Shown: positions 9,336 through 22,340, counted from the stretch's first letter. The stretch is 64,000 nt of DNA from Chiloscyllium plagiosum (GCF_004010195.1 NC_057740.1:43331633-43395632), one strand, 5' to 3'. The notes: generated from the letters alone by a model not told the origin. Numbers and translations: made by a program.

Positions 9336-12300
9336 CTCTGTATTCAAGGAAGAATTCCCTTGATTAACCTAAGCTGCATTCCATTCTGGTATGTCATGAG
9401 GGAATAAATTTCAGTTCTTCCATCACTACTGTCATAACATTGACTTCCAATTCTGATACAGCCTTTCCTGAAGCATTTCCTAAGATTTCCACTGGTTTAC
9501 TGTTCTGTTTCCAACAGTCAATGCAAAGAGGTTCAGTTGTGATGTTGTGCAAGTCGGTGGACCTTTGGGCACCACTCTGACCCACAGGACCTTCATCCTT
9601 GGCCCGATTTAAGGGATGTTCTTGCACTCCAGCTTTCTTTTCTTATCCCAGCTGTTGCCTTTCTTTCATTTTCCTTCATTCTATCCTTCTCAGGCATATG
9701 GGAATGGGGGTGTTGGTGTGTGTGACACACAAATTGGGTTTCTCTTGGAGTCGGGGCATATGGACAAGATTGTAATCATCAACTACCTCAGCTGCTGGTG
9801 CATGTTCTCTACATGTGTCCTTTATAAGGGTAGGGAGAGAGTTTTTAAATTCTTTGCTTTCGAAGACTGCCTCTGTTTAAGTGCCCGCATTCATCAAGAA
9901 ATGGCAGGATACCAGACCCCCTCAAGCTCTAAGTCATCCTCAGAATGTTATTGGGGATTGAAACATTTGTGCCCGTGAGCTTCTGACATTAGCTCATAAG
10001 GGTTGAGGATCATGTTGTTTAAAGCTATCTCAATCTGCACAAGTCTCAAAGCACGGCTTAAACCTCATGGGCTTTGCATGTGAACCTGATTTGCATTTGC
10101 AGCTTCTGGGGGCCGTTTAATTTGCTTTGTAATCTTCTCAAATTAAGTGAAAAATGTCTCTCAATCCCCTGCTCTCACTTTTTGAGGTTGTCAAGGTCAG
10201 TGTAAACACCTTGCACTTATCCTCGAGTTGGGACAGTTTTCTCCCTAGCAGTGGCTTCACTGGTTTTGGAGGATCATCCCTTCTTTATTCGAAATGTTTT
10301 AATTGAGATTTTGTTATCTTGGTTCTCCTGTAATTCCTCCCTCAAATGCTCTTTTCCTTTTCCTCACTTTTCCCACTGAAACGTTGCCAGGGATCTGGTC
10401 TCTCCCAGTTCAATGCTGAGATTGTTGGCCACTAGTTTCTTTCTTAGCTTTGTATCTAAAATTCTACCATTGATGGCAAAAGCTGAAATTTTCATTGCAA
10501 CCATGGATAATGCTTTGACATTTTTTAATCAACCACTCAGATGTTAGGACACACCTCTGGAACATGTGGGACTTGTGCACAGGCCTCCTGGCCTAGATAT
10601 CGGGACATTACCATGGGAACATGGAACAGGAGTAGGCCACTCAACCTTTTGTGTCTGCTCCATGAGTCAATAAATTGAGGTTAAATGATTTTAACTTCAA
10701 CTCTACATTCCTGCCTCCACCCTGGCATCCACCTGGTCAAACCCCCTCAGGATCTTTTGTTTTGATTAAATCACTTTTGAATCTTCTAAATTCAGGCTTA
10801 GCCTGTCTAGCCGTTCCTCTCAAGGCAATCCGCTTAATCAAGGTATTAGTCTAATACATCTTCTCTGAACTCCTTTTGAAGTACCAACATCATTCTGTAA
10901 GTACTGTGACCCGTATTGGTATACACTACACCAGTTGCTGTCTCACGAATAACCTCTATAACTGAATTATTACCTCCCTATTCTTGCATTTCATTCCCCT
11001 CGCAATAAAATATGACATTCTCTTAGCTTTCCTCATTACTTGCTGTACAAGAGTACTAACCTTGTGATTCATGCACTAGGATCCCCAGATCACACTGCAT
11101 CTCAGAGCTCTCCAACCTCTCACCATTTAGATAATCTGCTGCTTTGAATTTATTTCCACCAAAATGGACAATTTCACAATTTCTCACATTGCTAGATCTT
11201 TGCCGTCATTTTATAAACAATCTACATCCCTTTGTAAGATCCTTATGTTCTCCTCCTAAGTTTGTTTCTTACCTATTTTTGTGTCATCAGCAAATGTAGC
11301 TTCGATACCTTCAGTCCCTTCTCACAGATAATTTCTATAAATTGTGAAGAGTTGAGGCCCCAGAACTGACCCCTTTGGCACATCACTCATGACATCCTGC
11401 CAGCCTAAAAAATGTCCATTTATTCTGACTGTCTACTTGCTGTTACCAGCTAATCATCATATCCATTGCAATATCTTACTCCATGTCATGAGATTTTATT
11501 ATTCACAAAAACCTTTGCAGCACCTTATCAAATGCCTATCAAAAATCTAAACACAGTACCTCCACTGTTTCCCCTGTATCTACAGCACAACTTACTTCTT
11601 GAAAGAGCTCCAATAAATTAGTTAAACATGATTTCCCTTTGCTAAAACCATGTAGACTCTGCTTAATTACACTGCACCTCAAGAATCCTTCAGGGCAATG
11701 CCTTTAGATATTTTCTATGGAACCAGTTCAGAGATGGTGTTGCACATCTCTGGAGCAGATGGACTTGAACCCAGTCCTCCCAGTTCAGGGGTAGGAACAC
11801 TACCATTGTGCCACAAGCGCCCGGTCCAGCCATTATTTTTAAAACTGTTCCAATTTATTACATTCACCTGTAAAAATGTACTAACCTCACACAGGACCAT
11901 TTGGATAATAAATATTACTCCAGTACACAAAGCTGTATTGGTGTTTCTAAAACGATGTCCCCATTTCCAATTACACTCGTTTGTCTGTGGTTCTTTGCTG
12001 CTTGTAAGCTCTCAAATGTTTGATACAACTTTATTTAGGAGAAGAACTGGCTCCTTTCCCTGACTCATTCCTTGACTGGTCTCTCAGTTTGAATGTATAA
12101 AGGGAAGAGCTATTGCTGAGGATGATATGGTATGGCATGTTTTCCCGTATTGGTGGGGAATTGAGTACAACAGTCAGAATGTCAAGTTGCAGCTTTAGAA
12201 GACTTTGGTTAGGCCATGCAGCTAGTATGCTAGTATCAGACACCAGTCAGCCAGGTTCTTTAACAAATCGTTATGACAACGAAGGGAGGAACGCGCTGTC

Positions 12301-12414
12301 ACTATTCCTCCATCTGTACTGTAAGTGTAAATGTGGTAATTCAATTACAAAAATGGCCAATTTTTAAGAAGTCCCTTCAAGAGACGTTGTCATCACAAGC
12401 CAGGACAGCGTTTA

Positions 12415-13705
12415 GAACATGGAACAGTGCAGCACAGGAACAGGCCCTTCGGCCCACGATGTTGTGCCGAACATGACGCCAAATTAAACTAAACCCTTCT
12501 ACCTGCTCTTGGTCCATATCTCTCCATGCCTCGCATATTCATGCGCTTATCTAAAAGTCCCTTAAACGTCTTTATCATACCTGCCTCCACCACCACCACA
12601 CCACCCCGGCAGTACCTTCCAGACTCCTAACACTATTTTAAAAAGATAACTTCCCCTCACATCTCCTTTGAACTTTTCCCCTTTCACCTTAAATGCATGC
12701 TCCCTTGTATTAGGCATTTCAACTCTGGGGAAAAGATTCTGACCCTCAAACCTAGCTCTGAATCTTACAACTTTGTAGATTTCTATCAAATCTCCCCTCA
12801 GCCTCTGCCACTCCAGAGAAAACATGAGTTTCTCGAGTCTCTCCTTATAGCCCATACCCTCTAATTCAGGCAGCATCCTGGTAAACCTCTTCTGCAGCCT
12901 CTCCAAATCCTTCCTGTAATGTGGCGATAAGAATTCAGCACAATACTTTGTGATCTAACTAAAGTCTTATAAAGCTGCAACATGACATCCTGACTCTTAT
13001 ACTCAATTGCCCAACAAATATAGGCAAGTGTGCCATATACCTTCTTTACCAACCATCTACATGTGTGGCCACTTTCAGGGATCTATAGACTTGTAAGAGG
13101 TATCTTGGGGTTCATCAATGCTGTTCAGGGTTCCACCATTATCTGTATATTTTTCCTTAACATTTGATCTCCCAAGTGCAGCACCTCACATTTACCTGGA
13201 TTAAACTCCATCTGCCATTTCTCCATCCACATCTGTAACTGATTTTCATGCTGCTACATCCTTTGACAACCTCCTACACTACCCACAATTCCTGTCACCT
13301 TTGTATTGACTGTAAACTTGCGAACCCAACCATCTAACTTTTCATCTAAAATCATATATATGACAAACAGCAGAGGTCCCGGCATGAATCCCTGCGGGAC
13401 ACTACTGGTTACAGACCTCCAGCCTGGCAAACACCCTTCGATTACTACCCTCTGCCTTATATGGGCAAGTCAATTCTGAATCTAAGTGGCCAAGTCACCA
13501 TGGGTCTCATGCATCTTAATCTTCTGGATGAGGCTACCATGAGGGAACTTGTCAAAAGCCGAACTAAAATCCATCTAAACAACATCCCTACCCTTATCAG
13601 TCACTTTTGTCACCTCAAAAAATTCAATCAAGTTAGTGAGGCATGACCTAACCCACACAAAGCCATGCTGACTTAGCCCATGCTTTTCCAAATGCACATA
13701 AATCA
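12415..13705 (-). mobile_element. CR1-type LINE 3' portion
   Basis: MERLQKRFTRMLPELEGMGYKERLEKL..LEWQRLRGDLIEIYK. Confidence 0.85.
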
Positions 13706-13794
13706 CCCTTTGTTTACACATGTCAAGTCCTTGTCACTGGGCCAGCTTCCTTAGAGTCAGCTCTCGAGTGTACAGAACCTCTGACACTCCTGTT

Positions 13795-14249
13795 CTTGGA
13801 TGCAGGTTTGCTCGCTGAGCTGTTCATTTTCAGACATTTTGAGCCATCATCAACAAGCCACAAAACGACACGATCCTCTCTCACTAGTCCCTTACATAAA
13901 GGTAAGGAAGGATGTCACTTCGACTGTGACAACACAACCATCCCAGGATAAGCCAAACAGAGACAGACAAGAATTCCTAGAAGCATGGCATTCCAACTGG
14001 AACTCTATCAACAAACACATTGACTTGGGCCCCATTTCCCACCCTTGAGAAAAAGAACAGGAAATGACATCACCAACCCAAGGAAACCCAAACATATAAA
14101 TAGAAAGCAGGAAACATCAGCAGTGCTTCATCTGGAGGCTCACTGAAGATGTTACCTAGTAAAGTGATGAAACATCTGAAAATGAACCTTCCAGCTCAGC
14201 GAGCAAACCTTCATCCAGAAACTCAACCTGAGCTACAAATCTTCTCAAA
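13795..14249 (+). mobile_element. Penelope-like family C 3' fragment (GIY-YIG tail + terminus) with short inverted 5' piece
   Basis: HQQATKRHDPLSLV...QEFLEAWHSNWNSINKHIDL. Terminus tcaCTGAAGATGTTACCTAGTAAAGTGATGAAACATCtga; TSD ACTCCTGTT at 13786-13794 and 14250-14258. Confidence 0.8.
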
Positions 14250-15852
14250 ACTCCTGTTTTTATCTGTCAATCAGGGCTCCCTGATTGCAGCAGATTAACA
14301 GACCCAATCAGGGAACTGCTATCTATGAGGTTCACCTAGTAGACCTTGTTGCAACCACGATAATTGGGTTTTCAACTCTCTCACTTTGATGTGAGGCATC
14401 TCAGGTAAAGTATAAAACGAGAGTAGGAAAAGACTGTTTCACCAATGTTCAAAGCCAATATTTAGTTTGATTTGATTTAATATTGTCACTCATACACAGT
14501 GAAAAGTATTGTTTTGTGTGCTCAGCAGACAAATCATACCTTCCATTAGTATATCAGAGTAATAGAACAAAATGCAGAATAAAGTGTTACAGCTACAGAG
14601 AAGGTGCAGAGAAAGATCAACTTAATATGAGAGGTATATTTATAAAGTCTGGTAATAGCGGAGAACTGTTCTTGATTCTGTTGATGTGTGTTTTCTAACT
14701 TTTGTATTTTCTGTCCAATGGAAGAGGCTGTAAGAGAGTATAACCAGAGTGGGAGGGGTCTGTGATGATGTTGGCTGCTTCCCCGAGGCAGTGGGAAGGG
14801 TAGACAGAGTTATTGGATGGGAGGCTGGTTTGTGTGATAGACTGGGCTGTGTTCACAATTCTCTGTAATTTCTTGTGGTCTTGGAGAGAGCAGTTGCTGT
14901 GATACATCCTGACTGGGTACTGTCTACGGCAGCTTTCCATCCACAAAGAGTCAAATGATCCTTTCTCTGAAAGTGTTGCAAACTTGGTATCTTCATTCTA
15001 TCAGCTTGTTCTTTGCAAATGCAACATTTTTGCTGTCGCAATGTGTTCTCTGTGTCCAGCTGATTATATTATAAATTAATAACTTTAGATACATTTTCAT
15101 AACACTATCAATATTACTATTGTCGCAATTCAAGCCAGCTTTAATAAACTTTGTGTTTCTCCTGCTCCTAGGCAGTGGCTGATATGATTTGAACATGTTC
15201 CTGAATTCCAAAGATATCCAGAGATTTACTTTCAGGAATGGATATTTATGAGCAGACGTATTACTTCAGTTTCAGATTGGAGTCGTGGTGTTTGGGGAAG
15301 TGATTGAAATTCCTGACTCCTACAGCCAGCTCTCTGTCCACTCCAGCTGCTTTACTGAGTGTGTTGCTTGTCGCAGTCAGAGAAATCACCAAAATGGCAG
15401 CACTTCAGAAACCGGATTCAACTGAACTTGAAAACTAATTGTTACTATGAGAGGATACGTGCAAGACATCTTGTGATGACAAAGAATGGACTGTATGAGG
15501 GAACTGTTGGACTCTACTGCCCTGGTGTGTAGCTCAATGGCATGGCAACTCCCATGCACACATTGGGTAAAGGGATGGCTCACTCCTGACTGGTATTGTA
15601 CAGCCCAATGGTCCCTGTGTTATATGTAAATATAAAATTCTTAGGGGAGAGGACAACTGAACCCACGATCTGAGTGAGTAGGGCTGTGAGGTGAGTGCCA
15701 GGGAAAGATTCAACTGACATTGTATTTCTGAGATGCTGTCAGAAAAATCATGATTCTGTCTGGGCTTTACTGTCTACAGCCTCTAAAACTCAATCCACAA
15801 ACATTTCAGCAAAACTAACCTGGAGCCCAGGGGGACAGATAGTGGTGAGGGG

Positions 15853-15960
15853 TCTCTCTCTCTCTGACGCCCTCAGCCCCTCCTCTCTCTCTCTCTCTCT
15901 TCCACTCCCTTCTCTCTCTCTCTCTCTCTCTGTCCCTCTTTCTCCCCACCTCTCTCTCTC
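15853..15960. repeat. (CT)n microsatellite / pyrimidine tract
   Basis: Runs of ctctctct. Confidence 0.8.
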
Positions 15961-16629
15961 CACCACATCCCCCCACCTTCCCTTTTTCTGTCTCCTCCTC
16001 TCACTGTATTGCTGCTGGTGAAATTTGTCGATTTTTGATTTTGTGATTAAAGTTCTTTTCTCAATCTTTGAAATAAAAGTGATGGTTGGGATAGATTTTG
16101 TTTTGGTCTTACTGCTTTTTGTGGTGAATAAAGCCGGTTGGACCTGCTGCCTCTGCCTAGGAGTTTAAACATCTGGTTTATTTGGAACTGTAACATAGCA
16201 AAGGAGGGATGATTTTGTTCATCAACTCCTTGGCCTTCCCCTGCCTCTGTGCTCCCCAGCTTTTCCCACCCCACAATCAGCCACAGGCTGCTGCTCTGTT
16301 TGTGTCATCCCAAAGCCTGCCAGTTTGTTCGGAATGTTCTGTTCATGCTGGAACTACAAGGCTATCCATGGAATGGGGTTTAAGAGTGGGACCCTGTGTA
16401 GTTTCAGAGAGGCTTCACCTTAGAAGCCCTGTTGAAGCTCTGTTCAGTCTGAACTTCTGAATCAAGGAGTGACTGCAAAATGTTTTCATTAAAACCCTCC
16501 CTCTCCAAAACCCCATCTCCCTACAAAGGGAGAGGGTCAGCAGCAGCACCCACCATCCCGAGGAATGGACACATTCCCAAAAGGCACTGCTGGGTCCTAA
16601 CCCAGCACCCCTCCCCTTCCCTTACTCCC

Positions 16630-19070
16630 ATGACAGGGTACTCCTGAGGATTATCTGCAGGGATCTGTTTTCCACACACAATAATATTGGAGCTTGTATA
16701 TATTGGATAACCAGCCTGTGGGAAGACAGGAGAACTCCTACCCTTGATTTCGGAGGGAGCAGGTAGACATGTACCAAATCCTTAAGGTGCTGGTAATTAT
16801 GCTGGCCCAAAGATATGGAGCGAGTGTTACTGTTCTGTCAGACCAGTTACCATTGCTGAAGAAGCAGACGTTGCTATTTCCAGAAAGGAGACTAAATGAT
16901 GCAGGTGGGATAACTGTTAAAAGTATAGGAATGCTCCATGTTATACTGCAACACAATGCACGTAAGGAGGTAGAAAAGATTGTCTTCACTTTGAGCCTGC
17001 ATGCATGTCTTGACCCCAACTTCATCAGAAGAGCCAAAGGAAATTGACAACCTCCTAAAAACAACCATTGCAGGAACAAACCATTACTGAGCTGGAAAAT
17101 GTGTTGCTGGAAAAGCGCAGCAGGTCATGCAGCATCCAAGGAGCAGGAGAATCGACATTTCGGGCATAAGCCCTTCTTCAGGAAACCATTACTGAACCAA
17201 TCAAGTAACGACAGTGTGAGACTGTTGAGCTCCCAGACACTTGGCAGAACCCTGACAGAAGAAAGAATCCAGTAAGATCACTCACCTTGGCATCTGACAG
17301 TCAGTTAATGCTGTCGACACAGGAAATCAGAATCACGAAACGACAGGCGGAAGTGTTTCTTTTTCTTATTTATTCATTTGTGGGATGTGGATGTCTCTGG
17401 CTAGCCAGCATTTATTTATTGCCTGTCCCTCGTTGCCCCTTGCGAAGATGGCGGGGGGGGGAAGCAGCCTTCTTGAACAGCTGCAGTCGACCTGCTGTGG
17501 GTTGACCCACAATGCCCTTAGGGAGCGAGTTCCAGGATTCTGATTTAGTGACAGTGTAGGAACGGCAATATATTTCCAAGTCAGGGTGGTGACTGTTTTG
17601 GAGGGTAAGTTACAGGGAGTGGTGTTCCCATGTATCTGCTGCCCTTATCCTTCTAGATGGAAGTGGTAGTGTGTTTGGAAGGTGCTGTCTGAGGATCTTT
17701 GGTGAATTTCTGCAGTGCATCTTGCAGATAGTACACACTGCTGCTACTGAGCGTCAATGGTGGAGGAAGTGGACGCTAGTGGATGTGGTGCCAATCAAGT
17801 GGGCTGCTTTGCCATGGATGGTGTCTAGCTTCTTGAGATACACTCATCCATTCAACTGGGGAGTATTCCATCACACTCCTGACTTATGCCTTGTAGATGA
17901 TGGACAGGCTTTGGGGAGTCAGGAGGTGAGTTACTTGCTGCAGTATTCCTAGCCTCTGACCTGCTCTTGTAGCACTGTTTTTATGTGGCTACACAAATTC
18001 TCTTCAATCCTCTAAAACAAAACAGTCAATGCCAGTGACTGAGATGGTGATGAGTGAACAGCAATCCTGCAATATCACAACTGAGCATCTGTAAAAGTCT
18101 CCTTCACTGTTTAAAGTGCTTCAGAGGGTTAATGAAGACATTCAACCTGGTCAAGAAACTGAGGAGATTAGCTGCATTCTATTCGAATGGGAACTAGACC
18201 AATGTTCACAGACACAGGACACAATCAAGAAGAAGAATTCTTCAGTGTTCTGGCTGTTCAAACCATGTAATTCTTCTTCACCCAATCGGAAAGATATTGC
18301 CTGATCCTACAATCCAGGTGACTGCAAGAAAGAAAGTCCTTGTTTCAACAGAGCAGCCATCTTCCATGATGGACGTTCCCAAGATTAAAGGCGCTCCCAG
18401 ATGATGTTATGTAGCTACCAGTGTTAGTAGGGAAGTGCTCCCCAGAAAGGAAATTCAAAGATTAAGAGTTCTCAGAATTTTAAAAAAGACCAATGATGAG
18501 GTCCACAAGAAACAAAGTCTTTTGCAAAGGATATCAAGAAATTAAAAGCTCCCTGCTGGAGAAATGATCCACAAATGATCAGAAGATCAACAATTCCAAA
18601 GTGAAAAATCTATTGTTCTCCTGAGCCTGAAGAATGCATTCTGGGAAAATTTCTGATGTTGGAAGACTTTGAGGAGGAGTGGGGAAGTTACAAGGTAATA
18701 TATTGGATATGATTGTGCAGTGAATTAACTGGTTAATTGGAAAAAAACTGGATGTGCTGTTCCAATCTGATGATGTCATACAGTCCTTGGGTGGAGAGTG
18801 AAATTTGACATGAGCTTCGCAGGGTGCATACACACTCTCTCCAGCTGCTGAGATTCCTTACTAATTACTGAGACTAGTAATGTGAATTGCATTTATTGCT
18901 ATCATGCAAGAAACCATCTTGTTGTCTCGGACAAATGCCTCATCTATTTAGACATCCCACTGAGAGATAGAAAGGCAGCAGACAAAGGATTTACAGCAGT
19001 GATCTACTAAAACAAGCCATTCCTTGTGACACATCCTGACAGAGTGGCAGAGTCCATAAGCTAGAACTGG
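16630..19070 (+). mobile_element. Highly decayed LTR-retrotransposon (Gypsy-like) gag-pol relic, interrupted by later insertions
   Basis: RYGASVTVLSDQLPLLKKQTLLFPERRLNDAGGITVKSIGMLHVILQHNARK...LSLHACLDPNFIRR resembles a Gypsy aspartic protease (DTGASVTV...). Stop-riddled coding-like sequence follows. No LTRs identified. Confidence 0.4.
17091..17182 (-). mobile_element. Single-arm fragment of PLE family A
   Basis: TSD AAACCATTACTGA at 17078-17090 and 17183-17195. Confidence 0.8.
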
Positions 19071-21138
19071 AAATCTGGACAAATACCACAATGCTGCAGT
19101 ATCAGGGGGTCACTGCTGAGGGAGTGCTACACTGTTGGAGATCAGTTCTAAGGGAATGCTACACAATTGGAGGGTCAGGGCTGAGGAAGCATATGCTACT
19201 GGAGTCTCTCCCTCAGTATCATAACCTCTGAGATGTGAGTGTTGCCTACTCAGTCATGACAAGACAAGCTGCAAAAGGTAGTGACACAAAAATATCTTCA
19301 GCTGGTTCTCACTGTAGAGCTCCACCATTTTTTTGAAAGTTGGCAATAATTCTAATCCCAATTTCCAACTCCTTGGCTGCTCTCATTGTTGTTTATAAAA
19401 ACAGTTTTAAACCAAAAGGTAAAGCCAATGGATATAGATTTAAAATAAAAGTCTGAAATTTTCTTCCTTAAGTCTTTGGTGTCATCATGGACCTGGTCCT
19501 TGGCCTCTCCAAATTCTCCTCTACATCATCCAAAGGTACAGGGTTGGCTTTCATGTATGCTGTGGAGTTCTCTCTCTCACCACCACCCTCTCAATTCCTC
19601 CACTCTCTCTAAATGGTCAGACTAGGATCCAACATCCAGTGATAGATAAGCAGAAATTTGTCCCAATCATAAATTGGGAAAACTGAAGCCATTTTTTTTT
19701 TCAGTCCTCAATACAAATCCTGCTCCTTGGTTACCCTCTCCATGGTAACTGTCTACAACGGAATCAATTTGTTTGCAATATTGATCTGTTATTTGACCCT
19801 GAGATGGTCATTCAACCGTATCTTTGTTATTATTATTGTCCACTTTCATATCATATTGTCCAATTTGGCCGCTTTCAGCTTAGGTCATTGAATCAGAGAG
19901 ATGTACAGCGTAGCAATAGACCCTTCGATCCATACTGACCAGATAATCTAACCTAATCTCGTCCCATTTTCCAGCATTTCGCCCATATCCCTCTAAACCT
20001 TTCTTATATCTTTTAAATGTTGTAATTGAACTAGCCTTTTTTTTAAACTCACTGATGTGATGAGGGTGTCACTGGGTAACCAGCATTTATTGCCCATCCC
20101 AGTGAGCAGTTAAGAGTCAACCACATTGCTGTGCATCTGGAGTCACATGTTGACCAGACCAGGTAAGGACAGCAGTTTCCTTCCCTAATGGACATTAATG
20201 AACCAGATGGGTTTTCCCAACAATGGTTCCCTGGCCATCACAGACGCTTGATTCCAGATATTTATTAAATTCAGATCCTACCATCTGTTGTGGCAGGTTC
20301 CTGGAACATTACCTGGATGCTGGGTTGAGTCCAGCAAAAATACCACTAGGCCATATCCTCCACCATTTCATTCCATATATGCACCAGCCTATGTGTGGAA
20401 AGATTGCCCTTTAGGCCCCTTTTAAATCTTTCCCATCTTAGCTTAAATCTATGCCCACCAGTTTTGGGCTCTCTCATCCTGGGGAAAAGTCCTTGTTATT
20501 ACCCTATCCATGCCCTCATGATTTTATAAACTTCTATAAGGTCACCTCACATCCTCTGACGCTCTAGGGAAAATAGCCTCAGCTTCTCCCTATACTCAAA
20601 CCCTCCACCCTGGCAATGTCTATCTGCCACTCTGATCAAGGTCCCGCTGTACTCTGAAGTAACCTTCTTTGCTATCTACTACACCTCCAATTTTGGTGTC
20701 ATTTACAAACTTACCTCCTATCTGCTGTCGAAACCCTCACTCATGCCTCTTTTTAAACCTCAGGATATGACTCTTCCAATATAAACTTGGCTACTGTCCT
20801 ACCTTTTACCCTTGTTAAACTTGAGACCATTTCAAACTTCCTATTGCACATGCCCCAACCTGACACTAAGTCCTACTTACTAATCACTCCCAATGTTTGC
20901 TAACCTACAATGGCTCCCAATCTGGCAATTCCACAATTCTCATTTTGACTTTAAAATCTTTCCTTGACCTTAGCCCTTCCTATCTCTTCTCCTTCCATAC
21001 TCCTCAAGATCTCAATGCTCTTCAGTTCTGATCCCTTGACCATCCCCAATCTTAATAGCTCCACCATTTGTGGCCATGCTCATTCCAAAACTGAAATTTT
21101 CCAACCAAATCCTCTTGACCTTGTTGTCCTCCTTTAAG

Positions 21139-21359
21139 AGAAAATGAGGTCTGCAGATGCTGGAGATCAGAGATGGAAATGTGTTGCTGGAAAAGCGCAG
21201 CAGGTCAGGCAGCATCTAGGGAACAGGAGAATCGACGTTTCGGGCATAGGCCCTTCTTCAGGAATTCCTGAAGAAGGGCTAATGCCCGAAACGTCGATTC
21301 TCCTGTTCCCTAGATGCTGCCTGACCTGCTGCGCTTCTCCAGCAACACATTTCCATCTC
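21139..21359. mobile_element. Palindromic PLE family A element with hammerhead-like cores on both strands
   Basis: Inverted arms centred on ggaattcc; TSD TGTCCTCCTTTAAG at 21125-21138 and 21360-21373. CTGAAGAAGGGCTAATGCCCGAAACGTC at 21268-21295 (+) and the mirror copy at 21234-21261 (-). Confidence 0.85.
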
Positions 21360-21879
21360 TGTCCTCCTTTAAGGACATCCTTAAATCCATTGCTTTGGTC
21401 AATGTCATTTTTTTTTAATTTGTTTACATTGACAAGGTTGGTGAGGCCACTGTGGATTGCTCATTGCCTCACTGCCCTTGAATATAACGTTGAAATGTCT
21501 TGCTTAGGGACTTGACCACTTTGCAGTGGGTTTGGGGTCACATGTAGGCCCAGACTGGGTAAGGACGTTAAAGACCAGGAAGATATTTTCTAAAACAAAC
21601 CGGTAATTTCGTCATTACCGTCAATGATTTTAATACGATTTTAAAAAATCCAATTTGTTTAAATTCACCGGCTGTTGTGACAGGAATTTAAATCTTGATT
21701 TTAGAGCAGTAGTGTAACTTTTCACATTTATAAGATCACAAATATAACTCTATTTTACCACATTGGGTCCTTAACCTGGCTAGGATTCCAACTGAATTCG
21801 ATAACGCGCCTCAGAAACAGTCTGGAACATATTACCTTGAATTAGGTTCTATCTAAATGTAAGTTGTTTATTTTCTCAG

Positions 21880-22340
21880 GATTTTTGTTGAAGGTGGTGA
21901 AGACCGGAACGAAAGCTCCAATAACGGCGGTTCCGGAACGAAACCCCCGCTCCCAGTTTCCGGGGGGGGGCGCCTTTCCTGGTGAACCTGGGACCAAGAT
22001 GGCGGCGGCCGCGGTTTCCGGTCGTTCGGGGCCGCATTCGAGGCCTCCCGTCCCGGCCGCTCTCACATCCACGCTCCGGGAGGCGCTGCTCAAGGTCCTG
22101 GAGAACAGGCCCGAGGATCCCGTCTGTTTCCTGAGCGAATACTTCGGGAACCTGTCGGCGGCCTCGGAGGGAGCGACCGAGAAACCCGCCCCGAAACAGC
22201 AGCAGGTACCGGGCGGCGGGAGCAGCCGAGCCCCAGGCCCCAGGCCCTTCACCGCCCGGGGGGGAGGTGGTGGGTGTGGGGGAGGGGGAGGGATGGTTTA
22301 CATTGGAGCCGGCGGGCGGGCGGGGGTCATGGTCTGAGGG
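21880..22340 (+). promoter_or_regulatory. CpG island / TPGS1 promoter
   Basis: Sharp CpG enrichment. Several CCGGAA/TTCCGG ETS-type motifs (~21904, ~21931, ~21958). YY1-like AAGATGGCGGC overlaps the start codon. Confidence 0.7.
21999..22205 (+). CDS. TPGS1: Tubulin polyglutamylase complex subunit 1, exon 1
   Basis: CpG-rich. caagATGG start; MAAAAVSG...LREALLKVLENRPEDPVCFLSEYFGNL...QQQ, donor CAG|gtaccg (69 codons). LR.ALLKVLE.RPE.P..FL..YF matches the TPGS1 N-terminal domain. Confidence 0.9.
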
